A stretch of DNA of 64,000 nt from a virus (lineage: Duplodnaviria; Heunggongvirae; Uroviricota; Caudoviricetes): the IMG/VR virus record IMGVR_UViG_3300032007_000002; one strand, written 5' to 3'. The position numbers were made by a program, and so were the translations under genes. A model generated the notes under the pieces. It was not told where the DNA came from and made no database searches. It saw nothing but the letters and a program-made list of their open reading frames with translations. Positions 54,718-63,590 of the stretch are shown in pieces; position 1 is the stretch's first letter; every line of letters begins with the position of its first letter.

Positions 54718-55242
54718 TTATTTTTCCTCCCCGTGATTCCGCTGCCACGGCCAGGTTCTGTGGGTAAGGCCGAATTTCTCGAAGTCGTTGAGGTTTTCGC
54801 CCTTCTCGATGGCCTCCACCATCTCCGCGAGGCCGGTTTCCGCATAGGTGACGTTGTGGTCTATCATCCTCTGTACGGACTCCTTGTCGCTCTTCCCGTC
54901 GAGATGGTAGGAATGAGCGCAGAGCGTGAAGTGGTTGAGTTTCCCGTCGGTGCAGTAGTCGTGGTCGAGCTTGCGGATTACCGACACGTAGACGCTGTGC
55001 CTGCTGAAGGGCTCGATGACGAGCTCGATGCGGGGGTAGTAGCCGCGGTCGCCGCGTTGCCAGTTCCCGCCCTTCACGATGCGGTGGAAGTGCAGGACGA
55101 ACTTCTCCTTGCGGTTCAGGTGGCGCCCGCTGATTTGGTTGAGGTCGGGGTGCTTTTGGCACATCATGAGTTCCGGCCACGGATCGCCGCTGATGAGCGG
55201 TTCGAGAATTTTGCGCTGGGGAAGTGTAAAGCGTTCGGGCAT
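54718..55242 (-). CDS. Hypothetical protein (class A cassette; stop inside the next element)
   Basis: Element plus RBS; ends RNHGEEK. Confidence 0.7.
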   Translation of the reverse strand: MPERFTLPQRKILEPLISGDPWPELMMCQKHPDLNQISGRHLNRKEKFVLHFHRIVKGGNWQRGDRGYYPRIELVIEPFSRHSVYVSVIRKLDHDYCTDGKLNHFTLCAHSYHLDGKSDKESVQRMIDHNVTYAETGLAEMVEAIEKGENLNDFEKFGLTHRTWPWQRNHGEEK

Positions 55243-55311
55243 GTCGTATCTCCTTTTGATGTTCCCCCTATGTTACGGGGGAGCGGAACCGGGGAGCGCT
55301 CCCCGTGATTC

Positions 55312-55776
55312 CTAGATCCATGCGTTGCCGTCGATGTCGTCGGCAATTTTCTTGCACCACAGAAGGTGGTCGGCGAAGTCCGCGACGCTTTCGGTGAGGG
55401 AGCAGGCGTCCTGCGGGGTCTCGATGGTGGCCTTGCCCGTGAGACGGGTCTCGGCGAACACGTTGCGGGAACCGCCTGGCACCGAGGGTTCGCTGTCGAG
55501 CTTGACGGAGTGGACGGCGTATTCCACCTCGTTCGGGTTCGAGGACGGGCGGAAGGTGATTTCGAGACGCGGGTATTCGTGCGGGGTCCCGATGTTGTGG
55601 CCGTTGGTGCGGTTCTGCGGGAGGCAGATGCAGCTGAACTTTCGGACACCGCCGGACGGGGACTTGACGGCGACGAGTTCGCCCGTGCCCCAGTGGTCGG
55701 TGGCCACCTTGTTGAACACGCGGGTGTTCTTTCCGGCGGTTTCAAAAGCGCTCTGAATGTTCGGCGTAAATTCCAT
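55312..55776 (-). CDS. Hypothetical protein (class A cassette)
   Basis: TAG stop shares a base with the GGAATC box. Confidence 0.7.
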   Translation of the reverse strand: MEFTPNIQSAFETAGKNTRVFNKVATDHWGTGELVAVKSPSGGVRKFSCICLPQNRTNGHNIGTPHEYPRLEITFRPSSNPNEVEYAVHSVKLDSEPSVPGGSRNVFAETRLTGKATIETPQDACSLTESVADFADHLLWCKKIADDIDGNAWI

Positions 55777-55902
55777 AGTATCTCCTTTGATGCTCCCCCT
55801 ATGTGATCGGCGGGGCGCCTTCGGGGGAGTTCCCCGTGATTCCGGGACGTTATAGTGAACAGAAAGGCAGTGCCCTTGTGAGCACCACCCCGGAAATTAA
55901 AA

Positions 55903-56538
55903 TTATTTTTTCATGTCCTTTCCGCACTGCGGGCACTTGGGGAACGTGAAGGCGCCCTGAAAGAAGCCTTCGCGGTAAATGTTCACTTCCCCGCCGTCGT
56001 CGAGCTGCATGTGGCAATCTTCGGAACCGAAAGAAATTTCCTGTTTCAGTTCGCAGAACGGGCATTTTTCGGGTTCTGCGGGGTTCTGCTGGTCGGCATT
56101 TTCCGATTTGATCTTGCTGATATTGTCGAGGATGGCCTGCGTGTCGGGGGACGGCTCGTACTTGGCCTTCGGGTCACCGCCGTTAAAGGTGATGTCATTC
56201 TTATATTCGGCGATAACGGGTTCGAGGGCGGCGTAGTCGTCAACTTCGCAGTCTGCGAGGACGATGAGCGTGGCCTCGTTCTTGTCCCAGTTGACCTTCC
56301 CGATCGCTGCGTGGCAGGTGACGCTGCGCTTCTTGTCAATCAGGACGCGCTTTTCCAGCGAACGGGCGTAGAAGTATTCGAGAGTGTTGTGCCCGTGGTC
56401 GGTGCTGTCGTTCGCCGGGCTAAACAGGTCGAGTTCTTCGCAGTAGGGGCAGTTGAAGCCCTGCGCTTCGAGGTAGTCGGAAACCGAGCCGATGTCGGGG
56501 TGGTTCTTGATGCCGGTAACGTCGAGGATAATCTTCAT
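55903..56538 (-). CDS. Hypothetical protein with C-terminal Zn-ribbon (class A cassette)
   Basis: CPFCE...CPQC domain shared with 34782..36206. Confidence 0.7.
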   Translation of the reverse strand: MKIILDVTGIKNHPDIGSVSDYLEAQGFNCPYCEELDLFSPANDSTDHGHNTLEYFYARSLEKRVLIDKKRSVTCHAAIGKVNWDKNEATLIVLADCEVDDYAALEPVIAEYKNDITFNGGDPKAKYEPSPDTQAILDNISKIKSENADQQNPAEPEKCPFCELKQEISFGSEDCHMQLDDGGEVNIYREGFFQGAFTFPKCPQCGKDMKK

Positions 56539-56616
56539 TTTCGTATCTCCTTATTGGTGATATGCCGTATATGTGAAGAGGGGGCGCCTACGGCAGGCGC
56601 CACCCGTGATTCCGGG

Positions 56617-57078
56617 TCAGTTATTCTTTTCAAGGACTTTGGCAACTTCCTTGATGCGCTTGCGTTCCACAAGCTCATAATCGCCTTCGGTGTCGTAGAT
56701 TTCAACGATACCGAACATCTTGGCCATCGGGAGCGTGAGAAGGTCGTGGCGCGGGTTCTTTTCCTCGTCGGGGTAAGCATCCGCGGCCGCATCGGTGCGG
56801 CGGGGGTCCAAGCGGTTCGGACAGATGTGGAGGTAGTGTTCCGGCCATTCGTGGTCAATGGAAATAAGGCTGCACTTGTTCTTTTTGAGGACTTTCGCGA
56901 AGGTCTTGGCAGCCGCCATGACTTCCTTCAACGCGTTGACTTCTTCCTTGCTGATGGGGAGGGTGTCGAACGCCTTCTGTTCGGCTTCGTGTTCAGCTTC
57001 AATTTCCTTTTCAACATCCGTGAGCGGGCGGCTCTGCTTCTTTGCGGTGGTTTTCTTTGCGGTGGGCTTCTTGGCCAT
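56617..57078 (-). CDS. Hypothetical protein (class A cassette)
   Basis: Between two near-identical elements. Confidence 0.7.
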   Translation of the reverse strand: MAKKPTAKKTTAKKQSRPLTDVEKEIEAEHEAEQKAFDTLPISKEEVNALKEVMAAAKTFAKVLKKNKCSLISIDHEWPEHYLHICPNRLDPRRTDAAADAYPDEEKNPRHDLLTLPMAKMFGIVEIYDTEGDYELVERKRIKEVAKVLEKNN

Positions 57079-57152
57079 AGTTGTCTCCTTATTGGTGATA
57101 TGCCGTATATGTTACAAAAGGGCGCCTACGGCAGGCGCCACCCGTGATTCCG

Positions 57153-57266
57153 TTACTTGCGCTTCTTCCCGTTCTTGTGTCGGGGTTTGAGTGTCTTCGC
57201 AAAGTCCGTGACCTTGACGAAAGCCATGTCTTCGAGAAACTGCTTTACTTCTGCGGGAACTATCAT
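57153..57266 (-). CDS. Small basic peptide
   Basis: 37 aa MIVPAEVKQFLEDMAF...KKRK, AAGGAGA RBS; stop abuts an element; hand-translated. Confidence 0.5.
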   Translation of the reverse strand: MIVPAEVKQFLEDMAFVKVTDFAKTLKPRHKNGKKRK

Positions 57267-57327
57267 CTTGTCTCCTTTTTGGAAAATTAAAAATTTAAAA
57301 TGATGGTGCTCGGGTGAGCACCGATTT

Positions 57328-57861
57328 TTAGGCTTCCCCGTAGGGGGTTTCTTGGTCGCGGAGTTCGTTCAGTGCCCAAATGGTCACTTCCTGCGCATCC
57401 ATGACTTGTGTTTCTTTGGACTTCAAGTCAACGAGGGCGTCAAGGCCGTCGCAGGTGAACACGAGGACGGAACGGGGTACGCGCCTGTCGAAGATTTCGA
57501 TGCGGTTCGTCACCGCGTGGGTCTTGCCGTCGGGGTCGGTGAAGTCCATCTTCTGCGTGACGGGTTCCACGCGGAACTCGAAGCGGTGCTTCAAGAGGAG
57601 CATCATGAGTTCCTGCAAGTTGGTGAGGTTGAGGTCAACCTCGACCATGTCGAAGCTGTGGGTGCATCCGCAGTTGTCCACGGAATACTTCCCGTCGCCC
57701 GGCTCGATCAGCTCCTTGCTGCAACCTTCGTCGTCGCAGTAGGATTCTGTCGTGCGCAGGGCTTCGGCCATGCCCTCTTCCGGGGTGTCCTTGAGGTCGC
57801 CGACGAGGCCGGGGATGCAGCTTGCATCGTCGCAGTAGTTGATTACGCCAAACTTTTTCAT
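57328..57861 (-). CDS. Hypothetical protein (class A cassette)
   Basis: Element plus RBS. Confidence 0.7.
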   Translation of the reverse strand: MKKFGVINYCDDASCIPGLVGDLKDTPEEGMAEALRTTESYCDDEGCSKELIEPGDGKYSVDNCGCTHSFDMVEVDLNLTNLQELMMLLLKHRFEFRVEPVTQKMDFTDPDGKTHAVTNRIEIFDRRVPRSVLVFTCDGLDALVDLKSKETQVMDAQEVTIWALNELRDQETPYGEA

Positions 57862-57906
57862 TTCGTATCTCCTTGTTGGTGCTCCCCCTATGTGATAGGC
57901 GGGCGC

Positions 57907-58281
57907 CTAGACGGCCACCCTCCCGTGATTCCGCTTCTGCTCCGGGGTCTCGTCCTCCACCCAATACTGGTGGTCGAAGTCCTGCTCCTTGAAGTAAACG
58001 AGGTTCATCGCAGTCCTTACCTTGTGGCCTTCCCCGTCCGTGTAGCTCACGGATGCGGACATCTTGCCGAGACGGGCGCGGAACTTTATGCCGTCCTCGG
58101 AGAGCTGCTTCGTCGCCTTGCCGAGCCATTTCCTGACGGGCTTCATCGCGGTTTCTATGTCGGGCGCCTTCTTGCCCCCGCCAAGGCAGGAATAGCTTTC
58201 ATGCCCGTCCACGAACTTCTTCAAATGGGTGGTGTAGTGCGCGGGGGAGTGATGATGGATGACTTTCCATGCCATAGACAC
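57907..58281 (-). CDS. Hypothetical protein (stop inside the next element)
   Basis: Ends RNHGRVAV. Confidence 0.6.
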   Translation of the reverse strand: MSMAWKVIHHHSPAHYTTHLKKFVDGHESYSCLGGGKKAPDIETAMKPVRKWLGKATKQLSEDGIKFRARLGKMSASVSYTDGEGHKVRTAMNLVYFKEQDFDHQYWVEDETPEQKRNHGRVAV

Positions 58282-58284
58282 CCC

Positions 58285-58530
58285 CTACGCGATATATCCG
58301 GCCGTTTTGAGGTCGGCATCCGCGTGCATCGCGTTTTGTAGGTCAAAGAACTTTCTGTTGGCTTCCACAAATTCCTTGCCCCATACGTTGCCGTCGCCGA
58401 GGTTTACACCCCCCGCAGTGACTACGTGGGCGAACTTGTGCGGATTGCCCTCGAAGGGATCCTTCCAAGTCCTTACGCGGATGCTCCCGCCGAGTTCCTT
58501 CGCCTTCTTTCGGTAATCCTTCAAATCCAT
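58285..58530 (-). CDS. Hypothetical protein (class A cassette)
   Basis: Element plus RBS. Confidence 0.7.
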   Translation of the reverse strand: MDLKDYRKKAKELGGSIRVRTWKDPFEGNPHKFAHVVTAGGVNLGDGNVWGKEFVEANRKFFDLQNAMHADADLKTAGYIA

Positions 58531-58670
58531 AAAAATATCTCCTTGCTGGTATGCCCCCTATGTGATCGGCGGGGCGCCTGCCCATATCCTTCCCGTGATT
58601 CCGGCACCCCCAGGGGAGCAGAAAACGGGGAGAGGGACTTGCCCTCTCCCCACCAACCGGGAGTAAAAAA

Positions 58671-59240
58671 TTATTTATCGAGCCTGTCGAGCTTGACTGC
58701 TTCATCGAAACTCAATTTTCCGAAGCGGCCCGAGACGGGGGTGAGACATACCGCGTGTTTCGTCTCGAACTCAATTCGGCAGGCTTCTCTGAGGGAAAGG
58801 ATGCCGATATCCTCGTATTCGCCCTTCTCGTTCTTTTGGCGGACGAGGAACTGCTTGGCGGGCTGGCTTGTGCGGAGCTTTTCGACGACCTTGCGGATGC
58901 GTTCCGGCAGGTCGGCAGGGTTGTCGCACTCGAACTCGTCAACGACACTCTCGAACGGCTTGCCCTCGTAGAACTTCACATGGAAGTAGGAGCTGGTTGC
59001 GCATACGCCCCAAATGATTTCGATGAACACGCCGTTCCACACGAAACGGGCGACCACGTCGTTCCCGTCCACGTCGCAGAGGACGCCGAGGGTGCCGGAA
59101 GCGCAGTTCGTGTTGTCGAACGGGCGGTGCATTACGAGACCGGGAAATTCGTGGAGGAGCCAGTCCTTGAAACCCTTGCGGGCTTCGGAAAGAAGGTCAA
59201 GTGCCTTGGCGAGCTTGTCGTCCCAATATTCTTTTTGCAT
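58671..59240 (-). CDS. Hypothetical protein (class A cassette)
   Basis: Element plus RBS. Confidence 0.7.
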   Translation of the reverse strand: MQKEYWDDKLAKALDLLSEARKGFKDWLLHEFPGLVMHRPFDNTNCASGTLGVLCDVDGNDVVARFVWNGVFIEIIWGVCATSSYFHVKFYEGKPFESVVDEFECDNPADLPERIRKVVEKLRTSQPAKQFLVRQKNEKGEYEDIGILSLREACRIEFETKHAVCLTPVSGRFGKLSFDEAVKLDRLDK

Positions 59241-59309
59241 ATCGTATCTCCTTGTTGATGTTCCCTCTATGTTATCGGCGGGAGCGGCCGGATTGTAAAG
59301 CCCGTGATT

Positions 59310-59412
59310 CCGAAATGCGCAATATATTTCCTATTTTGCGAAAATATACTGCACAGGTGAGCAGAAAAATCTATTTCTGACACCGAAATGCGCAATATAT
59401 TGCTTATTTTGC
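59310..59412. repeat. 30-bp AT-rich direct repeat
   Basis: CCGAAATGCGCAATATATT(T/G)C(C/T)TATTTTGC at 59310 and 59383. Confidence 0.75.
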
Positions 59413-59420
59413 CGTCAAGA

Positions 59421-59873
59421 TTAGAGCCATTGGGCCAATACCTTGCTCACATCCTGCAAGCAGGCACTCTTCTCGGCGGGGAGAGAGAAGTCGATGGACA
59501 CGAACGGGGTGTTCCACTTGTCGCGGGACACGAAGATCGTGATGCCGTCCTCGTCGGTGCAGTCTATATGGAGCAGCGCTCCCCCGAGGTGGCCTGCGGC
59601 CAGGTCGGCGATTGTATCGGCGAGCTTACCCGTCACGGGGTTGTCGTGGTGCGGGCAGATGTCCACGACCGCGTCGGCGGGGTTGAAGATGACGAGGATG
59701 TCTGGGTTCCCGTAACGCTGGGACAGCTCGGAAATGGCGGTGGCGACGGCTTCCGGGGTGACCTTTGCCTTGTCACTCGCCGGGCGGATATGGGATATGA
59801 TTGTATCGCCGTTGTCGCGGACTGCGAGGGTTCCACGGCATCCGAAACTAAAATCTGCAATGACCTTTTTCAT
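59421..59873 (-). CDS. Hypothetical protein (class A cassette)
   Basis: Element plus RBS. Confidence 0.7.
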   Translation of the reverse strand: MKKVIADFSFGCRGTLAVRDNGDTIISHIRPASDKAKVTPEAVATAISELSQRYGNPDILVIFNPADAVVDICPHHDNPVTGKLADTIADLAAGHLGGALLHIDCTDEDGITIFVSRDKWNTPFVSIDFSLPAEKSACLQDVSKVLAQWL

Positions 59874-60006
59874 CGTAACTCCTTGTTGGTGCTCCCCCTA
59901 TGTGACGGGGGTGGCGCCTTCGATCCGGGTTTCCGTGATTCCGTCGGCCCGGAAATTAAAAAATTTGGGAGGGGTGTCACCCCTCCCCCAACGGAGATTA
60001 AAAATT

Positions 60007-60567
60007 CTACGCGGTTTTTTTGAGCTGTTCGCGGATGTCTTCCTTGATGTCCTCGATGTCAACATCGGTGACGCTTTCGAGGTCCACGCCATCCGTGCGG
60101 TCGTAGAGTTCGATATATTCGGAGGTGATGGAGGGGGTCGCCGCGATGTCGTGACCGTCTACCTCGATGGACACGGAGTCCGCGTAATACTCCTGCACGT
60201 TGTCGATGAACGAGCCTTCGACGACGACGAGGTCGGAGTAGTTGCTGCGGATGTCACCGCCGAGGTGGATCTGCAATGCGCAGTAGTCGTTGCCCTTGTA
60301 GGTGAAGTCGAAGCCCTGCAGGTCGTTGGTGCAGTTGCCGCCCCAGTTGTAGGTGTTGAACGACTTGATTTCATCCACCTTGAGCAGTTCCTGGATGCGG
60401 TCGGTGAGGGCGCAGAAGGAACGGCTGCGGAAGAGCCACTGCACTGCGTGGGTGAGCTTTTCGTGGCAGGTGAGGCTTTCGAGGAATTTGCCCGTGGGTA
60501 CATAGACGGAGCCTTCAATCTTTTCGTTGCAGGCATCGGCGAGGTTCTGAAGAGTGGTAAAACGCAT
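60007..60567 (-). CDS. Conserved-type phage hypothetical protein (class A cassette)
   Basis: NTYNW...DLQG...QIHLGGDIRSNYS pattern; start moved to the second Met for RBS spacing. Confidence 0.7.
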   Translation of the reverse strand: MRFTTLQNLADACNEKIEGSVYVPTGKFLESLTCHEKLTHAVQWLFRSRSFCALTDRIQELLKVDEIKSFNTYNWGGNCTNDLQGFDFTYKGNDYCALQIHLGGDIRSNYSDLVVVEGSFIDNVQEYYADSVSIEVDGHDIAATPSITSEYIELYDRTDGVDLESVTDVDIEDIKEDIREQLKKTA

Positions 60568-60646
60568 AAGCATCTCCTTTTGGTTGGTGCTCCCCCTATG
60601 TGACGGGGGAGGCTCCTCTGGTACGGGTTCCCGTGATTCCGTCTGT

Positions 60647-61087
60647 TTATTTTCCTTCCGCGACCATCTTCACGTTTCTGATTAGGTGTTCAAGTGTGCA
60701 GTCTTCGCGGATTACCACCCCTTCGGGGGTCGCCACGTCGAACGAGTTGATGTCGAGGTTCGGCGAGCAGTAGATGTCGCTGATATGGTGGTGGGAGCTG
60801 ATGCGCACCATGTCCACCTTTGGCGCGTTGTCACCGAGCCAATGGACTTCTATGTCGGGGTTGACCTTTCCCGAGCAGAAGACGAGTTCCCCGTTGATTT
60901 CGATGTCCACTTTGAGCGCTTCCGACACCCTCTTGTAGAGGCCGAAGCCGGAGCGGTCTATGATGGCCGGAGCGGTGCGCAGTTCCGTGAGCTTGTGCTG
61001 CAATTCCGCGAGGTCGCAGAGGGCGAGCATTTCGGTCTTGCTTTCTTCGTTGATATATCTGTTGTTGGCGAGGTTCTTGGCAGCCAT
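60647..61087 (-). CDS. Hypothetical protein (class A cassette)
   Basis: Element plus RBS. Confidence 0.7.
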   Translation of the reverse strand: MAAKNLANNRYINEESKTEMLALCDLAELQHKLTELRTAPAIIDRSGFGLYKRVSEALKVDIEINGELVFCSGKVNPDIEVHWLGDNAPKVDMVRISSHHHISDIYCSPNLDINSFDVATPEGVVIREDCTLEHLIRNVKMVAEGK

Positions 61088-61212
61088 GTCGTATCTCCTT
61101 GTTGGTTGGTGCTCCCCCTATGTTACGGGGAGGGCGCCCCCGAACCTGGGCGCCGTGATTCCGTGGCCCTAGCGGGGTGCAGATGAAGGGGAGGGTTTAC
61201 CCCTCTCCCCGC

Positions 61213-61818
61213 TTACTTGGGAGTTTCTATGTTGACTGCTGCTTCGAGCGACTTGAAAAACCCCGCATGAAGGCATTTAACCCTGCCCCAATCCTTGCCC
61301 TTGTTGCGTCCACGATACGGCATGCGGAAAAATTCAATCCCGTCATATTTTACATGGGTGTATCTATGGTCAAACGCCACCCATCCATTCTTGACAAAAC
61401 GCCATCGGTCGGCGAAGGTTACAAATACACGCGGCTTGTTCGAGTATGCGCTGTTTTCGTCATAGAACGGGGATTGTTCCAGTTCGGTGGTCCATTCCTT
61501 TAAGTACGGGTTTTGCCAAAAATAGCTTTCGTTTAATGTTGCCGTGAACGTGATGAGGTTAAACCCGAGCTTCTTCCCGAGCGCGAGAACCCCCTCGCGT
61601 GTTTTCTTGCTGTCTATGCAGTCAACGCCAACTTCGCATAGTCTGTTCAGCGCGTCAAATATGGACTTGGGGAGCAGAACCTTGTCCGTGTCAGGATCGA
61701 CTATCTCGGGGTCTTCCAATAGCTTGGTTACTTCCTGCATGTCATAGCCCATTGTCTTGTGCAACGGGTCATACGTATTCTTCCATGCAATCAAGTCAAA
61801 CAGTTTGTCGCTCTTCAT
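61213..61818 (-). CDS. Hypothetical protein, lower GC (class A cassette)
   Basis: Element plus RBS. Confidence 0.7.
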   Translation of the reverse strand: MKSDKLFDLIAWKNTYDPLHKTMGYDMQEVTKLLEDPEIVDPDTDKVLLPKSIFDALNRLCEVGVDCIDSKKTREGVLALGKKLGFNLITFTATLNESYFWQNPYLKEWTTELEQSPFYDENSAYSNKPRVFVTFADRWRFVKNGWVAFDHRYTHVKYDGIEFFRMPYRGRNKGKDWGRVKCLHAGFFKSLEAAVNIETPK

Positions 61819-61989
61819 ATCGTATCTCCTTGTTGGTATTCCCCCTATGTTATCGGGGTGGCGCCTGCAGTCCCCAGGCCCGTGATTCCGGCTTTCCCTA
61901 GCCCGTTACTCGGATCTTGTACATAATCCTCCAAATAGCTGAAACGAGGGGAAGGGCACCCGCCCATCCCCGATTTTGAAAATTAAAAT

Positions 61990-62247
61990 TTACTTTTTCA
62001 TCATTGCCCTCTTCTTTGCTTCGGCGCGGATGTCCTTAACGCGGGCGACGACCTTGCCCTTGTTGTCCTCATAGACTTCCGTTGCCTTGTTCACTGCGGT
62101 GTCCCCCGCGTTGCCGAGGGCATCGTTGACCACGTTCGCGATGGCGTGGCCTGCCGCGTCCTTGGTTTCCTTGCTCGCGAAATACGCGGTTCCCGCGATG
62201 AAGGCCACGATGACCGCGAGGATGAAGAGCTTGATGAGCTTGAACAT
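61990..62247 (-). CDS. Membrane-anchored protein
   Basis: Start MFKLIKLFILAVIVAFIAG after AAGGAGA. Confidence 0.65.
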   Translation of the reverse strand: MFKLIKLFILAVIVAFIAGTAYFASKETKDAAGHAIANVVNDALGNAGDTAVNKATEVYEDNKGKVVARVKDIRAEAKKRAMMKK

Positions 62248-62263
62248 GGTGTGTCTCCTTTTG

Positions 62264-62506
62264 TTATGGTAAGATGTTGGTGCTGTCGCCGAACCATATC
62301 CGGTTCGGTCGGTAGTGGGTCCCGTCCTGCTCGGTCGTTCCCGTCTGCATGGTGACGCTGAGCTTTTGGCCGGGGAAGATTTTCCCGATGCGGTCGAGGA
62401 AGCGGGCCTTGACCTCGGGATAGTGCTCGCCGCACACGGAAAGGTTCTCGGTGTCGATGAGGCCGGCGGTGGGGTGGTTGGAAGCGGAAATAGTAAAAAC
62501 GACCAT
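62264..62506 (-). CDS. Hypothetical protein (class A cassette)
   Basis: Element plus GAGGT RBS. Confidence 0.6.
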   Translation of the reverse strand: MVVFTISASNHPTAGLIDTENLSVCGEHYPEVKARFLDRIGKIFPGQKLSVTMQTGTTEQDGTHYRPNRIWFGDSTNILP

Positions 62507-62666
62507 TGCATTACCTCTTGGTTGGTAGTCTCCCTATGTTATCGACGGTTCCGCCCGTTTTGTAAATCCCGTGATTCCCCGATTATAACATTTTTTATTT
62601 AACATAACATTCCGAAATGTTAGGATCAAGAAAAATGTTATGAAAAGGGGGCTTTGCGCCCCCTAG

Positions 62667-63101
62667 CTAGGCCTTGATTACGTAGGTGGGGCTGTCCACG
62701 TTCACCTTGTAACACTTGACACGGATTTTCGCCGTGGCCTGCGGGAAGCACTCCTTGATGACGGCCACGACCTTTTCAAGGTCATCCTTGATTTTGTTGC
62801 CGTAGTTGTGCCCCTCGTTTTCCGTAATGCAGTTGGGGCAGCTTTGGCAGTCGCCCGCAATTTCCATCGGGTGGGCATAGGCATAGAAGCGTTCGCCGAT
62901 GAAACTTGGGGATGTGCGGGAAATTCCGAGGTTGGTTCCCTCATGCAGCGCTGCCGTTTTAAAGCCGTCAATATTGGCGGCCTTAATCTTCTTGCAACAT
63001 TCGAGCCACTGTTCCTCGCCGTTTCCGAGTACGTAGCCACGGCCCCATTCGTAGATGCCGTCGATGAGGATTTGGAAGTTCGCGAAAGTCTTAAACATCA
63101 T
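62667..63101 (-). CDS. Hypothetical protein (class A cassette)
   Basis: YEWGRG...YAHPMEIAG motif; element plus RBS. Confidence 0.7.
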   Translation of the reverse strand: MMFKTFANFQILIDGIYEWGRGYVLGNGEEQWLECCKKIKAANIDGFKTAALHEGTNLGISRTSPSFIGERFYAYAHPMEIAGDCQSCPNCITENEGHNYGNKIKDDLEKVVAVIKECFPQATAKIRVKCYKVNVDSPTYVIKA

Positions 63102-63206
63102 ATTGTATCTCCTTGTTGGTGCTCCCCCTATGTGATCGGGGTAAGGAAGGGGGCCTGCACCCCCGTGATTCCGGCGCCGCAGGGCAAAGGGGAAGGCCCC
63201 GAGGGG

Positions 63207-63590
63207 CTAACCCCTCGCGGCTTCCAAGGCGGCTTCGCGCTTGGCCTTGCGGGCGGCCAAGTCGTCGCGGTCCCAATGGGAGTGGATCCATTCCTTCGCC
63301 TCGTCCACATTCTTGCAGTGGATGCTGAACTCGGGGCTGAAAATCTCGCTCCAATGGGTGATGTAGCCCTCGTGCTGTTCCACTTCCGAGCGGAAGATCG
63401 AGACGCAACCCCATTCAGTGTCCCAATAGATAGTGAAGCGGTTGTGGTCGTGGTCCTTGAAGTGGACTTCGGACTTGTACTCCATGTGCCCGTACTTGTT
63501 GTAGGAACGCTTCGGCTTGCTCATTTCGGCGGCTTCGCCGATAGAAGCGATAATGTTTTCAAATTGCTTGGAAAGAGAAACTTTTGCCAT
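63207..63590 (-). CDS. Hypothetical protein (class A cassette)
   Basis: Element plus AAGGAGG RBS. Confidence 0.7.
   Translation of the reverse strand: MAKVSLSKQFENIIASIGEAAEMSKPKRSYNKYGHMEYKSEVHFKDHDHNRFTIYWDTEWGCVSIFRSEVEQHEGYITHWSEIFSPEFSIHCKNVDEAKEWIHSHWDRDDLAARKAKREAALEAARG

Noticed and set aside
28945-55180. N-terminal extensions in the ORF track containing RNHG, GITG or AESR
   Set aside because: These are translations of the class A element; true starts follow the AAGGAGA RBS and were reassigned.
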